Origin: Promethearchaeota archaeon Loki_b32
Lineage (GTDB): Archaea > Asgardarchaeota > Lokiarchaeia > Sigyniarchaeales > SOKP01
NCBI GenBank assembly: GCA_005223125.1
Contig: NJBH01000023.1
Location: forward strand, 1 to 61,161
Reading direction: 5' to 3'
DNA length: 61,161 nucleotides
Within the stretch, counting starts at the first letter, position 1; every line of letters begins with the position of its first letter. The notes below the pieces were generated by a model that did not search any database, was not told the DNA's origin, and saw nothing but the letters and a program-made list of their open reading frames with translations. Shown piece by piece: positions 18,501-28,731 of this stretch. The position numbers and the translations under genes were made by a program.

Positions 18501-21500
18501 TAGTGAATGCTTCTTGTTTTTTCTGTTCTCTAACACGCCTTAAGTCTTCTTGTTTTAATAGGTTCTCTTGCTTTTCTTTCATTTTTAGTTCTTCAAATTT
18601 AATTTTCTCCAAAATTTGTTGTTGAAATATATGTTCATTTTGTTGTCTTCTAAGATTTAGTTCTAATTCTTTCATCTTATTCATGTTTTCTTCTCGTTTT
18701 TTCTCCTGAATCTTTTGAATCATTTCTCGAATAGCTCCGGTTGGAAAATTAATTTCATTTAATAACAATTCTGCACGATAATAGGATTTCATGGACTCCT
18801 CATATTCACCTTTATCTAATAGCAATTCAGCACTATTCATAATCTTAAATGCTTCTACCTTTAGATTTTCCATTTTTTGAAGTAAATCTTCTTTCTGTTG
18901 GATTTTTATTTCTTTAACTTTTAATTTTGATTGTTCTTTTATCATATATTCACTGATTCTTTTTTGAAATATATCATCTTCTTGCTGTTGCTTTAATGAG
19001 ATCTCAAATTCTATTTGTTTTTCCTTCTCATTTTCTCTTTTCTTTTCTTCAATACTTTGAATAGTTTCACGTAATAACTTTAAATATCCTTCCCCCCACC
19101 CAATATTTTTTAAAATTTCTATACCTTTATCATAATTACTTATAGCTTCATCAAGATTTTCCATTTGAAGTAAATTATCTCCTTCCTCAATCAAACTAAA
19201 TGCTTTCTGTTGTTTAGCTAAATTCTGAGCAGAAAGCTGTTTTTGTTTTTCAACTTGTTGTTTCTCCATTAAAATTTCAGCTTTTTTCCGCTCTCTTTGA
19301 TACTTAATACGCTCAATAAAAACTCTATCGTAAGTTTCTCTCTTTATTGATTTCTGTAATAATTTCTGTTTATTTAATTCATTTTCTCTTTTTCTATTTT
19401 CAATATTATTAATTGCTTCTTGGATTATTGTTATTTCTTCATTCCACTGAATTTGAGCAAATATATTTATTACATTATAATAAATTTCAAGAGAATCATC
19501 AAATTTTCGATGGGAAAGAAACTCTTGAGCTTTATCTAATAAATCAAATGCTTCTTGTTTCTTTTTATCTCGAAACGCAAGTTCTTTTTCTCTTTCTCTT
19601 ACAGTAATTTCTTTTTCCTTCAATTTTTTCTTTTGTAGTTTCATTTCCGTTATGATAGTGTCTTGAAATACTTTTTCTTGCTTTTCCCGGTCTAACCCTG
19701 TTTGCATTTTAATTTGATTCTGTAAATCGGCTTCTCGTTTTTTATTTTCAATCTCTATGATGGCGTTTTGGATTAGATTAATCTCATTTTGCCATTCGAT
19801 ATCGGCAAAAAAGTTTATAGCGTATTTTAAAATTTCAATGGCTCCATCATAATTTCCTTGTTGTACATTTTCTTGAGCTTCTTCAAGTAATTTAAAACCT
19901 GCGATCCTTCTTTCTTCTCGATATTTTTTCTCTTTTTCTCGTTCCATTAATTCAATTTTCTTCTTCTTAAGGTTATCTCGTTCTTGTTGTAAGAACTTTG
20001 AAATTTGTTTTTGAAATTCTTCTTCTTTCTTTTGAGTTTCAATAGCATCTTTTAACTTCTTTTGTTTTAGGATATTTTGGTTTCTCAGTAGTTCTTCAAC
20101 TTCCCTTATTGAATCTTCAATTAACGGAATTTCTTCTGTCCATTGGATTTCTGCAAAAATATTTGCCGCATTTTGATAAGCTAAAATAGAATTATCATAT
20201 TCACTTTTTTTTAAGGAATCTATAGCAGAATCTAAGAATTCGAAAGCAATATGTTTACGATGTTCGAAAAATTTAACTTCTTCTACGCGATCTTTAATAA
20301 TAATTTCTTTTTTCTTTAAACGATTTCTTTCTTTATCTAATTGGATTACAACATACTTCTGGAATTCTAACTCTTCCCGTTCTCTTTCCTCTATTTTTTT
20401 TTGCTCCTCAAATTTTTTTGTAAGTTGGGAATGCTTTAACTTTTCCACGTTAGAGATTGTATTCTTAATCATGGAAATATAAGTCTCCCACCTTGGACCT
20501 AAATCAGTAAGGATTGATAATGCATTCTTATATTCATTTATAGCGTCATCGAACTTCTTTTCCTTTAATATATTATCTGCTTTATCTAACATTATAAAGA
20601 GATCTTCTTCTCTAATTACTTCATGTATTATTTTTTCTTCATATTCTTTTCTTTTTTTGTCGAGCTCTTTAGCTGTTTTGACAATTTGTTCCTCTCGCTT
20701 TTTATATATTGAATCCCTAAGTATCATTAAATCTCTTTGTCTTTTTTCCCTTAAATGTTCAGCTACTTTTTCTCTCTTTTGCTTATCTTTTATTTGATTT
20801 ACAAGGCTTACAATTGGTTGGACATATGTATCCCATTCTATTGATCTAAGAAGTTGAATTGCTTGATCGAACTTTACAATTGCTTCAGAATACTTCCTTT
20901 CTCTTTCAAGCCTATTACCAATATCAATTAAATTAAACGCTTTATATTGAATTTGTTCCTCGTGTTTTTTCTCCGACTCAAATTTAATTAACTTTTCTTT
21001 TTTTAACTCCGCTTCCCTTTCTAAAACAACTTTCTGTTCTTCTATATCACTTGTTAATGGGAGAGTTGATTGTTGAGCCTGAAGAGTCTCAAATTGGGTT
21101 TTATCTTTTTTAAGTTTTTTAATAATTGATTTAATGTTTTGGATCTGAGCACTCCAACCTATGGAACTCAATAATTTCATCGCTCTTTCATAATTCAATA
21201 TAGCGTTGTCAAATTTTTTATCTTTTTCAAATATCTTAGCAGCATCGATATGTTCGAAAGCTTGATTTTGTATATTTTCTTCATGTTTTTTCTTTGCTCT
21301 AAATTGTTCAATTACCTCTGCTTTTTCAACGCTGCTTTTTTGTCCGAACATTCCAACGACTTGAGGTGTATCATCTGGGAGAAATTGAGTCTTTTGTTGT
21401 TTTAATTCCGTTTCTTGTAGCTGAGGTTGTTGAATAATCTTTTTTTGTTCTAAATCCCTAGATAACATGTTTATTTTTGTTTTTATGTTTTCCAATTGAA

Positions 21501-21882
21501 TTTCAGACCAACCCGCTTGAACTAATAATTGAATAGCAGCTAAATATTGTTGAATAGCATCTTCAATAAAACCATCAAATTCCAACTTTTTCGCTCCTTC
21601 TAATAGAGTAAAAGATTGATCTTGTAATTGTTCAATTTGAGCTTTAGTTAGAGTTTGTTGATATAATGTCTCCTTCTGAAGAAAATCTTTCAATTCACCA
21701 ATTCTATCATAAATTTCTTGAATTCTGTGCATCAAATATCCACTTTGTTTGAGAAAATCAGCAGCTTTTTGATAGTGTGAAATTGCGTTTTCTATATCGT
21801 TTTCAGCTTCAAGTTTTTGGGCAATATCTAAATACTTTAAAGCTTCTTGTGCTAATACTTCTGGATTCTGCAATTTAAACAA
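15511..21882 (-). CDS. Giant (about 2120 aa) TPR/MIT-like helical-repeat and coiled-coil protein
   Basis: About 18 units of AF.L...A....(helix)..AI..Y..A...F..I(G/Q)W / I.FP followed by E/K/Q/R-rich helices. Confidence 0.75.
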   Translation of the reverse strand: MFKLQNPEVLAQEALKYLDIAQKLEAENDIENAISHYQKAADFLKQSGYLMHRIQEIYDRIGELKDFLQKETLYQQTLTKAQIEQLQDQSFTLLEGAKKLEFDGFIEDAIQQYLAAIQLLVQAGWSEIQLENIKTKINMLSRDLEQKKIIQQPQLQETELKQQKTQFLPDDTPQVVGMFGQKSSVEKAEVIEQFRAKKKHEENIQNQAFEHIDAAKIFEKDKKFDNAILNYERAMKLLSSIGWSAQIQNIKSIIKKLKKDKTQFETLQAQQSTLPLTSDIEEQKVVLEREAELKKEKLIKFESEKKHEEQIQYKAFNLIDIGNRLERERKYSEAIVKFDQAIQLLRSIEWDTYVQPIVSLVNQIKDKQKREKVAEHLREKRQRDLMILRDSIYKKREEQIVKTAKELDKKRKEYEEKIIHEVIREEDLFIMLDKADNILKEKKFDDAINEYKNALSILTDLGPRWETYISMIKNTISNVEKLKHSQLTKKFEEQKKIEEREREELEFQKYVVIQLDKERNRLKKKEIIIKDRVEEVKFFEHRKHIAFEFLDSAIDSLKKSEYDNSILAYQNAANIFAEIQWTEEIPLIEDSIREVEELLRNQNILKQKKLKDAIETQKKEEEFQKQISKFLQQERDNLKKKKIELMEREKEKKYREERRIAGFKLLEEAQENVQQGNYDGAIEILKYAINFFADIEWQNEINLIQNAIIEIENKKREADLQNQIKMQTGLDREKQEKVFQDTIITEMKLQKKKLKEKEITVREREKELAFRDKKKQEAFDLLDKAQEFLSHRKFDDSLEIYYNVINIFAQIQWNEEITIIQEAINNIENRKRENELNKQKLLQKSIKRETYDRVFIERIKYQRERKKAEILMEKQQVEKQKQLSAQNLAKQQKAFSLIEEGDNLLQMENLDEAISNYDKGIEILKNIGWGEGYLKLLRETIQSIEEKKRENEKEKQIEFEISLKQQQEDDIFQKRISEYMIKEQSKLKVKEIKIQQKEDLLQKMENLKVEAFKIMNSAELLLDKGEYEESMKSYYRAELLLNEINFPTGAIREMIQKIQEKKREENMNKMKELELNLRRQQNEHIFQQQILEKIKFEELKMKEKQENLLKQEDLRRVREQKKQEAFTILEEAQRQIEQGKFEVTIDLYNTAKEIFIEIQWEEQIDLIEKAIIAIEDKKREIELQKQKELKAYLEQEKQDNIFQKNLVKEIKLQRDELKKRAISLREREEEIAYRERKKEEAFNILEKAQNPLSQGNFDDTIELYHNVANIFAQIQWTDEIPIINNAIQNIENKKKEKDLLKQKMIQDAIEKEKSDYEFMEKIKVLKDKEETKALEERELIHKRELITSQNLEQQEEAFKLISDGYNLLSQKKYDNALKNYQNAINFFTEIGWTSDYLKLLQDTIITIEIRKRDIERQKETENELLIQQQKEEEKFHNKISESMRREQERLKVKEIEIQKREKLKQLMENRKQEAFKVMDLAENLFNQKKFVQAIEKYRQAELLLNEIGFPTNVIREMIYKIQEKTKEEWSTKQINLENILQKERENIKFQQKLAESIKINELKLKERQIGLQKQREIQEDMENRRDEAFNLLEEAETFMNKTQYGKSLDYYHAAELILNEIAYPTETIRELILKVQEKKREHQIQKQKELEQRLLRERDDWKFQQKISKNLLIEKERLKAKELELLKKEQLKQRLEERKEQAFKILEEGERYLKEQNYDNALVCYRRASIFLNELQFPTDSINNMIFKINILKKQTDEAKQLKYKKELESLEEGKALKALVEERKRQERDKRDAQQLAQKEREKIIQEQMSVRESAYSLLEEAGKYLKHRIPNYNEAISLYIQARHILAENIGWEPEINNLNTLIKDLQQEQANFLEKKRLEEQARLQRQNEYALFQEEVKRRRIEQEKLKREQEKQYQDLIYKKQHVEQIKDEGLKLIEKGKKQAAYHNFDEAYTNFESAIIKFREIGWNEEIKYIATEIKNTKLLEEKVKNEEERIQLIQEQLEKQRITEEKRKKVEEAKLKESISEVSGLADEVIDLIEKRRQKQKLAAKKQERIIKYEAKEFRKEMGNLIKMKQELIDEIATKEEEKREFEEKLKKAKEREEINNLKRMIKESSKKKKS

Positions 21883-22026
21883 AACCGTTTAAACTTAATT
21901 TAAATTTAATAATTCTAATCTTATTCTTATTTTAATTTAACCACGGTAAGTAATTAAACTTTTTATATGGTGATAATTATTTTAACTAATTTATTAAGCA
22001 CGATAAATCATTAATGACGTGAAGAT

Positions 22027-23982
22027 ATGGAGATAAAAAATAGTAATATTATTATTGATTTTGAACCTATATCCCGAAGAGTGAATTTTTCAAGTGATCT
22101 TTCACTTTTTGAAATTCTTTCTGAATTAGATGTGTCAATAAGATCAATTTGTGGAGGTTTAGGCACCTGTGGAAAATGTAAACTCCTAGTTCAAAAAGGA
22201 AATGAATTTTTAACAGCCCTAAGTAATAGCGAGAAAAAAATTTTAAACATTGATGAACTTACAGATGGATGGCGTCTTGCTTGCCAAACAAAATTAGACA
22301 AGAATTACATTAAACATTTAGAAAGCCTTCAAACCCCTCAATTTAGAGTTTTTTTACCAAGTGATACTTTACTAGAAGATTTTAAAATACTTATGACAGG
22401 AATAAGTAAAGGGACAAAAATACAACCATCTATTCAAAAAGTTTATACTGAAGTGAAAATCCCTTCATTAGAGGAACCTGATGCTGATTTTGAAAGAATT
22501 TTAGCAGCAATAAAATCTAAACTTCCACATTTAAAGAAAAGTGATAGTATCAATATCGATTTTGATGTTTTGAAAGATATCCCTAATATTTTAAGAGAAA
22601 ATGAACATAAAATTACATTAATATTAAGGAATAATACCAATATTATTGCTTGTGAACCAGGTAATACTGTTAACGAGAATTTTGGAATTGCATTTGATAT
22701 TGGGACAACTACAATCGTATGTTATTTAATAAACTTAAATGATGGTAAAATATACGCTGTTGACTCAAAACTAAATAGTCAAACTGCGTATGGAGAAGAT
22801 GTAATAACCCGACTAACACTTATAAAGGAAAACAAAAAAAACCTTCAAAAATTAAATTCTATCGTAATTAACGATTTAAACGAATTAATCTCAAAAACAT
22901 GCAGTATAGCAAAGATCAAACCTTCTCAAATATATGAAGCTACTGTTGTTGGAAATTCTGCTATGCATCATATCTTTTTAGGGCTTGATCCAATCAATAT
23001 AGGTTTAAGTCCTTTTATCCCTGTCATTCAGAAAAATTTAAATGTTAAAGCAAAAAAATTGAATCTAAATATCTCCAGAAATGGGAATATATATATTGCA
23101 CCTATCATTGCGGGATTTGTAGGGGCTGATACGATAGGCGTAATACTTTCTTCACAAATTTATAATGAAAAATCAATTACTTTAGCAATTGATATTGGTA
23201 CAAATGGTGAAATCATCATAGGTAATCGAAAATTCTTATTTGTAGGGTCTTGTGCGGCAGGATCTGCTCTGGAGGGGGCTCATATTAGTAATGGGATGAG
23301 CGCTGCTGCTGGAGCTATAGATACAATTAAAATTGACCCTCATGATTTCATTGTATCTTATACAACAATCAAGGATAAAAAACCAATAGGAATATGTGGT
23401 TCTGGGTTAGTTGATGCCATGGCAGAGATGCTAAAATCTAAAATTATTACTAGAAGTGGAAATTTCAATCGAGAATATATTACTCATGAAAGATTCATTA
23501 AAAATGATAAGAATATAGAATTCATTATAGCCAAAAAAGAAGAATCTTCTATAAAAAAAGATATTACGATAAATCAGAATGATATTCGACAAATTCAAAT
23601 GGCAAAAGCAGCTTTTTATTCTGGATCAAGGATTATTATGAAACGTTTGAAAGAAAATTTGAACATTAAACAAGTTTTTTTAGCAGGTGCTTTTGGTAAT
23701 TATATCAATGCTTATAATGCAAAATTCATAGGTATGATTCCAGATATCAATGATGATGAGATTTTTCAAATAGGAAATGCTGCAGGAATTGGAGCACAGC
23801 ATTGCTTACTAAATAAGAATTTAAGAAATAAAGCACAACAGCTATTAAAGAGAATTCAATACGTTGAAATTGCTGTAGAAAAAGACTTCCAAAAAGAATT
23901 TGCTGAAGCAATGTATTTTCCTCACTTAAACCTTGATTATTTTCCGAATTTGAGCGAATATAATGAAATCCCAAAAAGATGA
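22027..23982 (+). CDS. Reductive activator of corrinoid proteins (RACo/DUF4445 ASKHA ATPase with N-terminal 2Fe-2S)
   Basis: CGGLGTCGKC...RLACQ; DIGTTT; YGEDVITR; DIGTNGE; GICGSG; LAGAFG; GNAA. Confidence 0.92.
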   Translation: MEIKNSNIIIDFEPISRRVNFSSDLSLFEILSELDVSIRSICGGLGTCGKCKLLVQKGNEFLTALSNSEKKILNIDELTDGWRLACQTKLDKNYIKHLESLQTPQFRVFLPSDTLLEDFKILMTGISKGTKIQPSIQKVYTEVKIPSLEEPDADFERILAAIKSKLPHLKKSDSINIDFDVLKDIPNILRENEHKITLILRNNTNIIACEPGNTVNENFGIAFDIGTTTIVCYLINLNDGKIYAVDSKLNSQTAYGEDVITRLTLIKENKKNLQKLNSIVINDLNELISKTCSIAKIKPSQIYEATVVGNSAMHHIFLGLDPINIGLSPFIPVIQKNLNVKAKKLNLNISRNGNIYIAPIIAGFVGADTIGVILSSQIYNEKSITLAIDIGTNGEIIIGNRKFLFVGSCAAGSALEGAHISNGMSAAAGAIDTIKIDPHDFIVSYTTIKDKKPIGICGSGLVDAMAEMLKSKIITRSGNFNREYITHERFIKNDKNIEFIIAKKEESSIKKDITINQNDIRQIQMAKAAFYSGSRIIMKRLKENLNIKQVFLAGAFGNYINAYNAKFIGMIPDINDDEIFQIGNAAGIGAQHCLLNKNLRNKAQQLLKRIQYVEIAVEKDFQKEFAEAMYFPHLNLDYFPNLSEYNEIPKR

Positions 23983-24221
23983 AGTTTCGTTATTAAAATT
24001 TATTTATTTATTTTCATTGTTATTTTTCAAGTTAAACGGATAGAAATGAATATAAACTAATTTGAGTTTATGTAAAAATATTTAAATTTATAATTTATTT
24101 TATCTTTAATTTAGTCTATATTAATAAATAAATAAATTCTTAAATACCATTTACGATATTAATTTATATACAGTATTAAAAAATTATAAAAGATTATAAT
24201 AACCGACGTGAGTGAAGCTTT

Positions 24222-24746
24222 ATGTCAAGTTTTAAACTAAAAGTATTATTAACTGGGGCGGCAGCTGTAGGAAAAACCAGCCTTGTCCAACGTTTCATAA
24301 AGAATAGATTCCAAGCTAACTATAAATTAACTGTAGGAGTTGATATTTTAACCAAAGATGTTGAATTTAGGCAAGGAGAGATTGCCACTCTGAGTATTTG
24401 GGATATAGGAGGGCAACAGCGTTTTGAATTCATTCGCAGTACATTTTATAAAGGTGCTGCTGGGGCTTTATTAGTCTTCGACTTAACTCGAGAACAAACT
24501 TACACGGAAACTAGAAAGTGGCTTACTGAGATAAGACAATTCGCGGGAGAGAAGATCCCCTTTGTTTTGATAGGAAATAAAGCGGATTTAATAGAAGATG
24601 TCGGCGTGGTTATAGATAGGGATGAAGCCCGCTCATTTGCAGAAAATGAGGGAAGTATTTATATAGAAACTTCTGCTAGGACGGGAATTAATGTTGATGA
24701 GGCTTTTACAGAACTTACTCGTCGAATTATTGACTCTAGAACCTAA
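24222..24746 (+). CDS. Rab-like small GTPase
   Basis: GAAAVGKT, TVGVD, WDIGGQQRF, NKAD, ETSA; no C-terminal prenylation Cys. Confidence 0.95.
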   Translation: MSSFKLKVLLTGAAAVGKTSLVQRFIKNRFQANYKLTVGVDILTKDVEFRQGEIATLSIWDIGGQQRFEFIRSTFYKGAAGALLVFDLTREQTYTETRKWLTEIRQFAGEKIPFVLIGNKADLIEDVGVVIDRDEARSFAENEGSIYIETSARTGINVDEAFTELTRRIIDSRT

Positions 24747-24813
24747 ATAACATTATTAAATTTATTGATCTAAGTTCTACTCTTATATTTTAAATTTTAA
24801 AGATTATTAAAAT

Positions 24814-26238
24814 TCATTTTGAACCCTCGAATTCCTCGTACAGATCATCATGAATGACATTAATCGCGTCAACTAACTTTTCTCTTTCAATAACTAGTGA
24901 CAAATTTAACTCATCATAACTTTGAGAAATTGCTTTAATCTTTATGTTTTTTTTATCTAATGCATTAAAGATTTCTGCTTTAGTTTTAGTTTCAAGAATT
25001 TTAAGCCCTGTTATATTAATTACAGCAACATGTTCCCATTTAATTTCAAAAAATTCCAGAAAATATTTTGAACTTTTTAAGGCTGTTATTGCTTTCTCAT
25101 AATCTTCCTCACTTATAATGAATGATGTACTAATTTCAGAGGAACTTTGGGCCACTAGAGAAACACTTATATTATTTTTACTCATAACTTTAAAAATCTT
25201 AGCTAAAACGCCAGGTACATCTACCATACTACCGGAAATTATAGTAATAATTGTTGCAAATTCCACTGCAGAAATCCCCTTAATATAATTCTTATCTGAT
25301 CTTTCAGATATCTCTGTGTAGTTCTTTTCTAAAGGAGTATTAAAATTTCTTATTTCTAATGGTATTTTATGCTTTTCAATAGCTTCTAAACATTTTGGAT
25401 GGAGAATTTTAGCTCCAAAATTGGCAATATGTTTAGCCTCATCATAATCAAGATTTTTGATAAGAAAAGAGTGAGGAACATATTTTGGATTTATCGCTAA
25501 TAAACCATCAACATCTTTCCATAAAGTAACTTTAATACATTTATCATTACCTACATCATATAAGGATCTAGCAATAATAGAAGCTGTATAATCGGAACCT
25601 CCTCTTCCTAGAGTTGTGATATAGCCTATCTTATTTCTACCAATGAAGCCTGTTAAACAGATTATTATATCTTTATTAGGATTTTCTAAAAGGGGGAGTA
25701 ATAATCTTTTAGTACGAGCATTAGTTAAATCATATAATGGATAAGCATTATTGAATTCATCATTTGTAATAATTAATTTATTCGTGGAAAAAAATAGAGA
25801 ATCTAGCCCATTACTTAATAGATATTGGTTTAATATATAGGTAGATAAAATCTCGCCAAAACTCATTATGTAATCTTTATAATATGGTTCTAATCCAAAT
25901 TCTTTAATATCCGCGCAGGTATCCTCTAATTCACTCAAATTCTTATCTATCCAATCCTTTGCCTTTAAATAATGTTCAGAATCTTCAGTAAATATCTGCC
26001 CAATTATATTAAGATGTTTTTTTTCAATTAAAGCTATGTTTTTGTCAATTTCCTTATCAGTTTCTAAATTATTAGCAGTTTTTAAGAGTAAATCTGTGAT
26101 TCCATTCAAAGCAGAAACAACATATACTTTCTTTATATCTTTATAGATACTGGTAATTTCGAGTATTTTTTTAAATGCATTTTTATCTATTAAACAGGAA
26201 CCCCCGAATTTCATAACGATTATTGGCACTTTACTCAC
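24814..26238 (-). CDS. lysC: Aspartate kinase with ACT domains
   Basis: KFGGS, VVSA..GITD.L, GE..S, TTLGRGGSDYTA, DVDG, GAKILHP. Confidence 0.93.
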   Translation of the reverse strand: MSKVPIIVMKFGGSCLIDKNAFKKILEITSIYKDIKKVYVVSALNGITDLLLKTANNLETDKEIDKNIALIEKKHLNIIGQIFTEDSEHYLKAKDWIDKNLSELEDTCADIKEFGLEPYYKDYIMSFGEILSTYILNQYLLSNGLDSLFFSTNKLIITNDEFNNAYPLYDLTNARTKRLLLPLLENPNKDIIICLTGFIGRNKIGYITTLGRGGSDYTASIIARSLYDVGNDKCIKVTLWKDVDGLLAINPKYVPHSFLIKNLDYDEAKHIANFGAKILHPKCLEAIEKHKIPLEIRNFNTPLEKNYTEISERSDKNYIKGISAVEFATIITIISGSMVDVPGVLAKIFKVMSKNNISVSLVAQSSSEISTSFIISEEDYEKAITALKSSKYFLEFFEIKWEHVAVINITGLKILETKTKAEIFNALDKKNIKIKAISQSYDELNLSLVIEREKLVDAINVIHDDLYEEFEGSK

Positions 26239-26359
26239 ATTTCTTTTAAAGTATTAGTACTTCTGAATAATAAATATAAATTATAATTAAATAGTTAAAT
26301 TTTATTCATTCAATTTTATTTAAACAAAAATAAAATCAGATTTTTAATTTATTTTTATA

Positions 26360-27232
26360 ATGATTGATCTTCATTTACACTCGTCTGTTTCTGATGGTTT
26401 AGAAACACCAGCAAAATTAATAGAACAAGGCCTATCTCTCAAACTAAAGGCTATTGCAATAACAGACCATGATACAATAGCGGGTGTAGAAGAATTCTTG
26501 TCTTTTGGAGAATCAAAAGATATAATTGTAATTCCTGGGATAGAAATTTCAATAAGGCATGAACCTAACAGGGAATTGATAGATGTTCATATTATTGGTT
26601 TAAATTTTGACTATTCTTCATCAAAATTAATCAATACAATAAAAAATCAGATTAAAGGAAGATTAGAACAAAAAAAGGCTATTTGTAAACGTTTAAAAGA
26701 TGAATTTGATTACAATATCTCATTTGAAGAAGTAAAAAGTATTGCCGGTGGTAATGTTGTAGGGCGACCTCATATTGTCGAGGTTATGAAAAGAAACAAT
26801 CCTGATAAGGTAAAAGGAAAATCTAAAAGCGAATTATTTAAGATGATAAGTATCGGTGGCATAGCATATGTAGATCGGGAAGTAGAGCTTAACCTTGAAG
26901 AATCTATAGAATTAATTAGTTCTGCTGGGGGAGTCCCAATATTGGCACATCCAGGAATTTATGATGTCGCAAACCGAATGAAATTTGTTGAACAATGCAT
27001 TAAAGCAGGAATAAAAGGTATTGAAATAGAATACACTTATGCAAAAAATAGACCATTTTACGAAACGGAAAAAGCAAAATGGGCTCAGGAATTTTTCCCA
27101 AATTATTACAGAAAGATTGCAGAAAACTATAATTTAATAAAATCTGGTGGTTCAGATTATCATGGTGGAAAAAAGGGAATTAAAATGGGAGATGCTAAAG
27201 TCCCTTATAATTACTTAAAGAGTTTTATTTAG
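26360..27232 (+). CDS. PHP-domain metal-dependent phosphoesterase (TrpH/YciV-like)
   Basis: DLHLHS..SDG, AITDHD, GIEIS, GRPH, LAHP, GGSDYHG. Confidence 0.92.
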   Translation: MIDLHLHSSVSDGLETPAKLIEQGLSLKLKAIAITDHDTIAGVEEFLSFGESKDIIVIPGIEISIRHEPNRELIDVHIIGLNFDYSSSKLINTIKNQIKGRLEQKKAICKRLKDEFDYNISFEEVKSIAGGNVVGRPHIVEVMKRNNPDKVKGKSKSELFKMISIGGIAYVDREVELNLEESIELISSAGGVPILAHPGIYDVANRMKFVEQCIKAGIKGIEIEYTYAKNRPFYETEKAKWAQEFFPNYYRKIAENYNLIKSGGSDYHGGKKGIKMGDAKVPYNYLKSFI

Positions 27233-28705
27233 CATGAGACATGCTCTTAATACTTTCCGCTCTTTCTTTTAAGAGATTATCAACCTCAATATAATCTTTT
27301 TTGCATGTAAAAAAAAGTGGAACCCAAAAACATGTAGAAATAATACCAAAAATTAATGTAGACCAAAATATTGTTGATGAGAAGCTATCTGTAAAAGCAA
27401 TCATAAAACCCCCAATTATTGCTCCCAATGCTCGTCCAAAAGTATCTATAAATGAACCCATTGCAATCATAGTACCACGATTTTCGGGTAGATTCACATC
27501 AATAAGAGACGAATACCAGTTAGGAGCAATTCCAAAAGTAAAAGCAAGCCCAACTCCAAGTAAAATAGAAAAAATAATCCATAAAATCCAAAAGCCTATT
27601 ACATCTGTATAAATACTTTGAAAAAAAAGGTTTGACTAGCTACATTTGGAGACATAGAGAAAGCAATTAATAGAAATGGTAGGGTTAAAATTAAACAAAT
27701 TGTTGCTACTTTTACCCTTCCACTTAGATCTCCTTTTTGAACTTTTTTATCCCCCCAATGTGCTAAACCAAATTGACCAATTCCAAATCCTAATGGAACA
27801 ATAATTAACAATAAGACAATTACAGTCATAATATTAGTAACATTTATACCTAACTCTAATTCAAAATATGGAAAAATATATGCTACTAATAATCCTGAAG
27901 CGACAACATCGAATAAATTGAAGATTAAGAAGAAATTTGACTTACGAGTAAAGATAAATTTCAGATCACTTATTTTAATCTTATAAGAATAGTGGATATC
28001 TTCATCTGATAAGACTTCTTCTAAATACTTATCTTTACTTGCTCTAATAGGTTCAATAGTTATAAAATAGTTTAAAATTGTTAATATTAATGCACAAACA
28101 CCCAAGAGAAAAAAGGGTAGTTGCCATGTATTTAATAAATTGGGATATGTAGATTGGATAAAATCGATATTTCCTCGTATAGTCTCTGACTCAATATCCA
28201 CGCTTTCAAAAGGTATTCTATTAAATGTTAAAGCAAAAACTCCAGCAAATAGACTTGCTAATGTAGTACATAAAGACCAAAATGCAAATGATTTTGATCT
28301 TGATTTAGAGGAGATAAAATCTGTTAAGTATGAAATAGCCAAAGGTGTTGTTACTCCTGTAGCAGTTGCAGCAATTATTCTTAGAACAAATAAATGCCAA
28401 AATTCCGCAACAGCAATATGTAATATTGCCACGATAGACCACAGTAAGCCAGCAAGAACCAGTAACATTTTTCGTTCAATTATATCAGTAAAGTAGCCAA
28501 AAACTATGACAGAAATACCAGTAACTATCGTATAAACTCCAATCATAATTCCTATCATATCAAAATAAATATCTAGATCAGCTGCTATTAAAACTTGATT
28601 TGGAAGGATTAAAGCACTATCCATTATGATAATTAAAATTAATAAAACAAAGAGAACTATGGATAAAATATCTCTTTTTTTCTTAGGTCTAAAAGGCTGA
28701 CATAT
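27225..28705 (-). pseudogene. MFS transporter (spinster-like) with a frameshift in a T8 run near 27621-27628 (true lesion, slippage site or assembly error)
   Basis: ORF 28624-27599 (GYFTD..ERK motif A) continues after adding one T as FQSIYTDVIGFW...DVNLPENRG into ORF 27497-27225; the first TM helix lies upstream of the called ATG. Confidence 0.8.
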
Positions 28706-28731
28706 ACAAATAGAATTATTTTTTTATGCGC

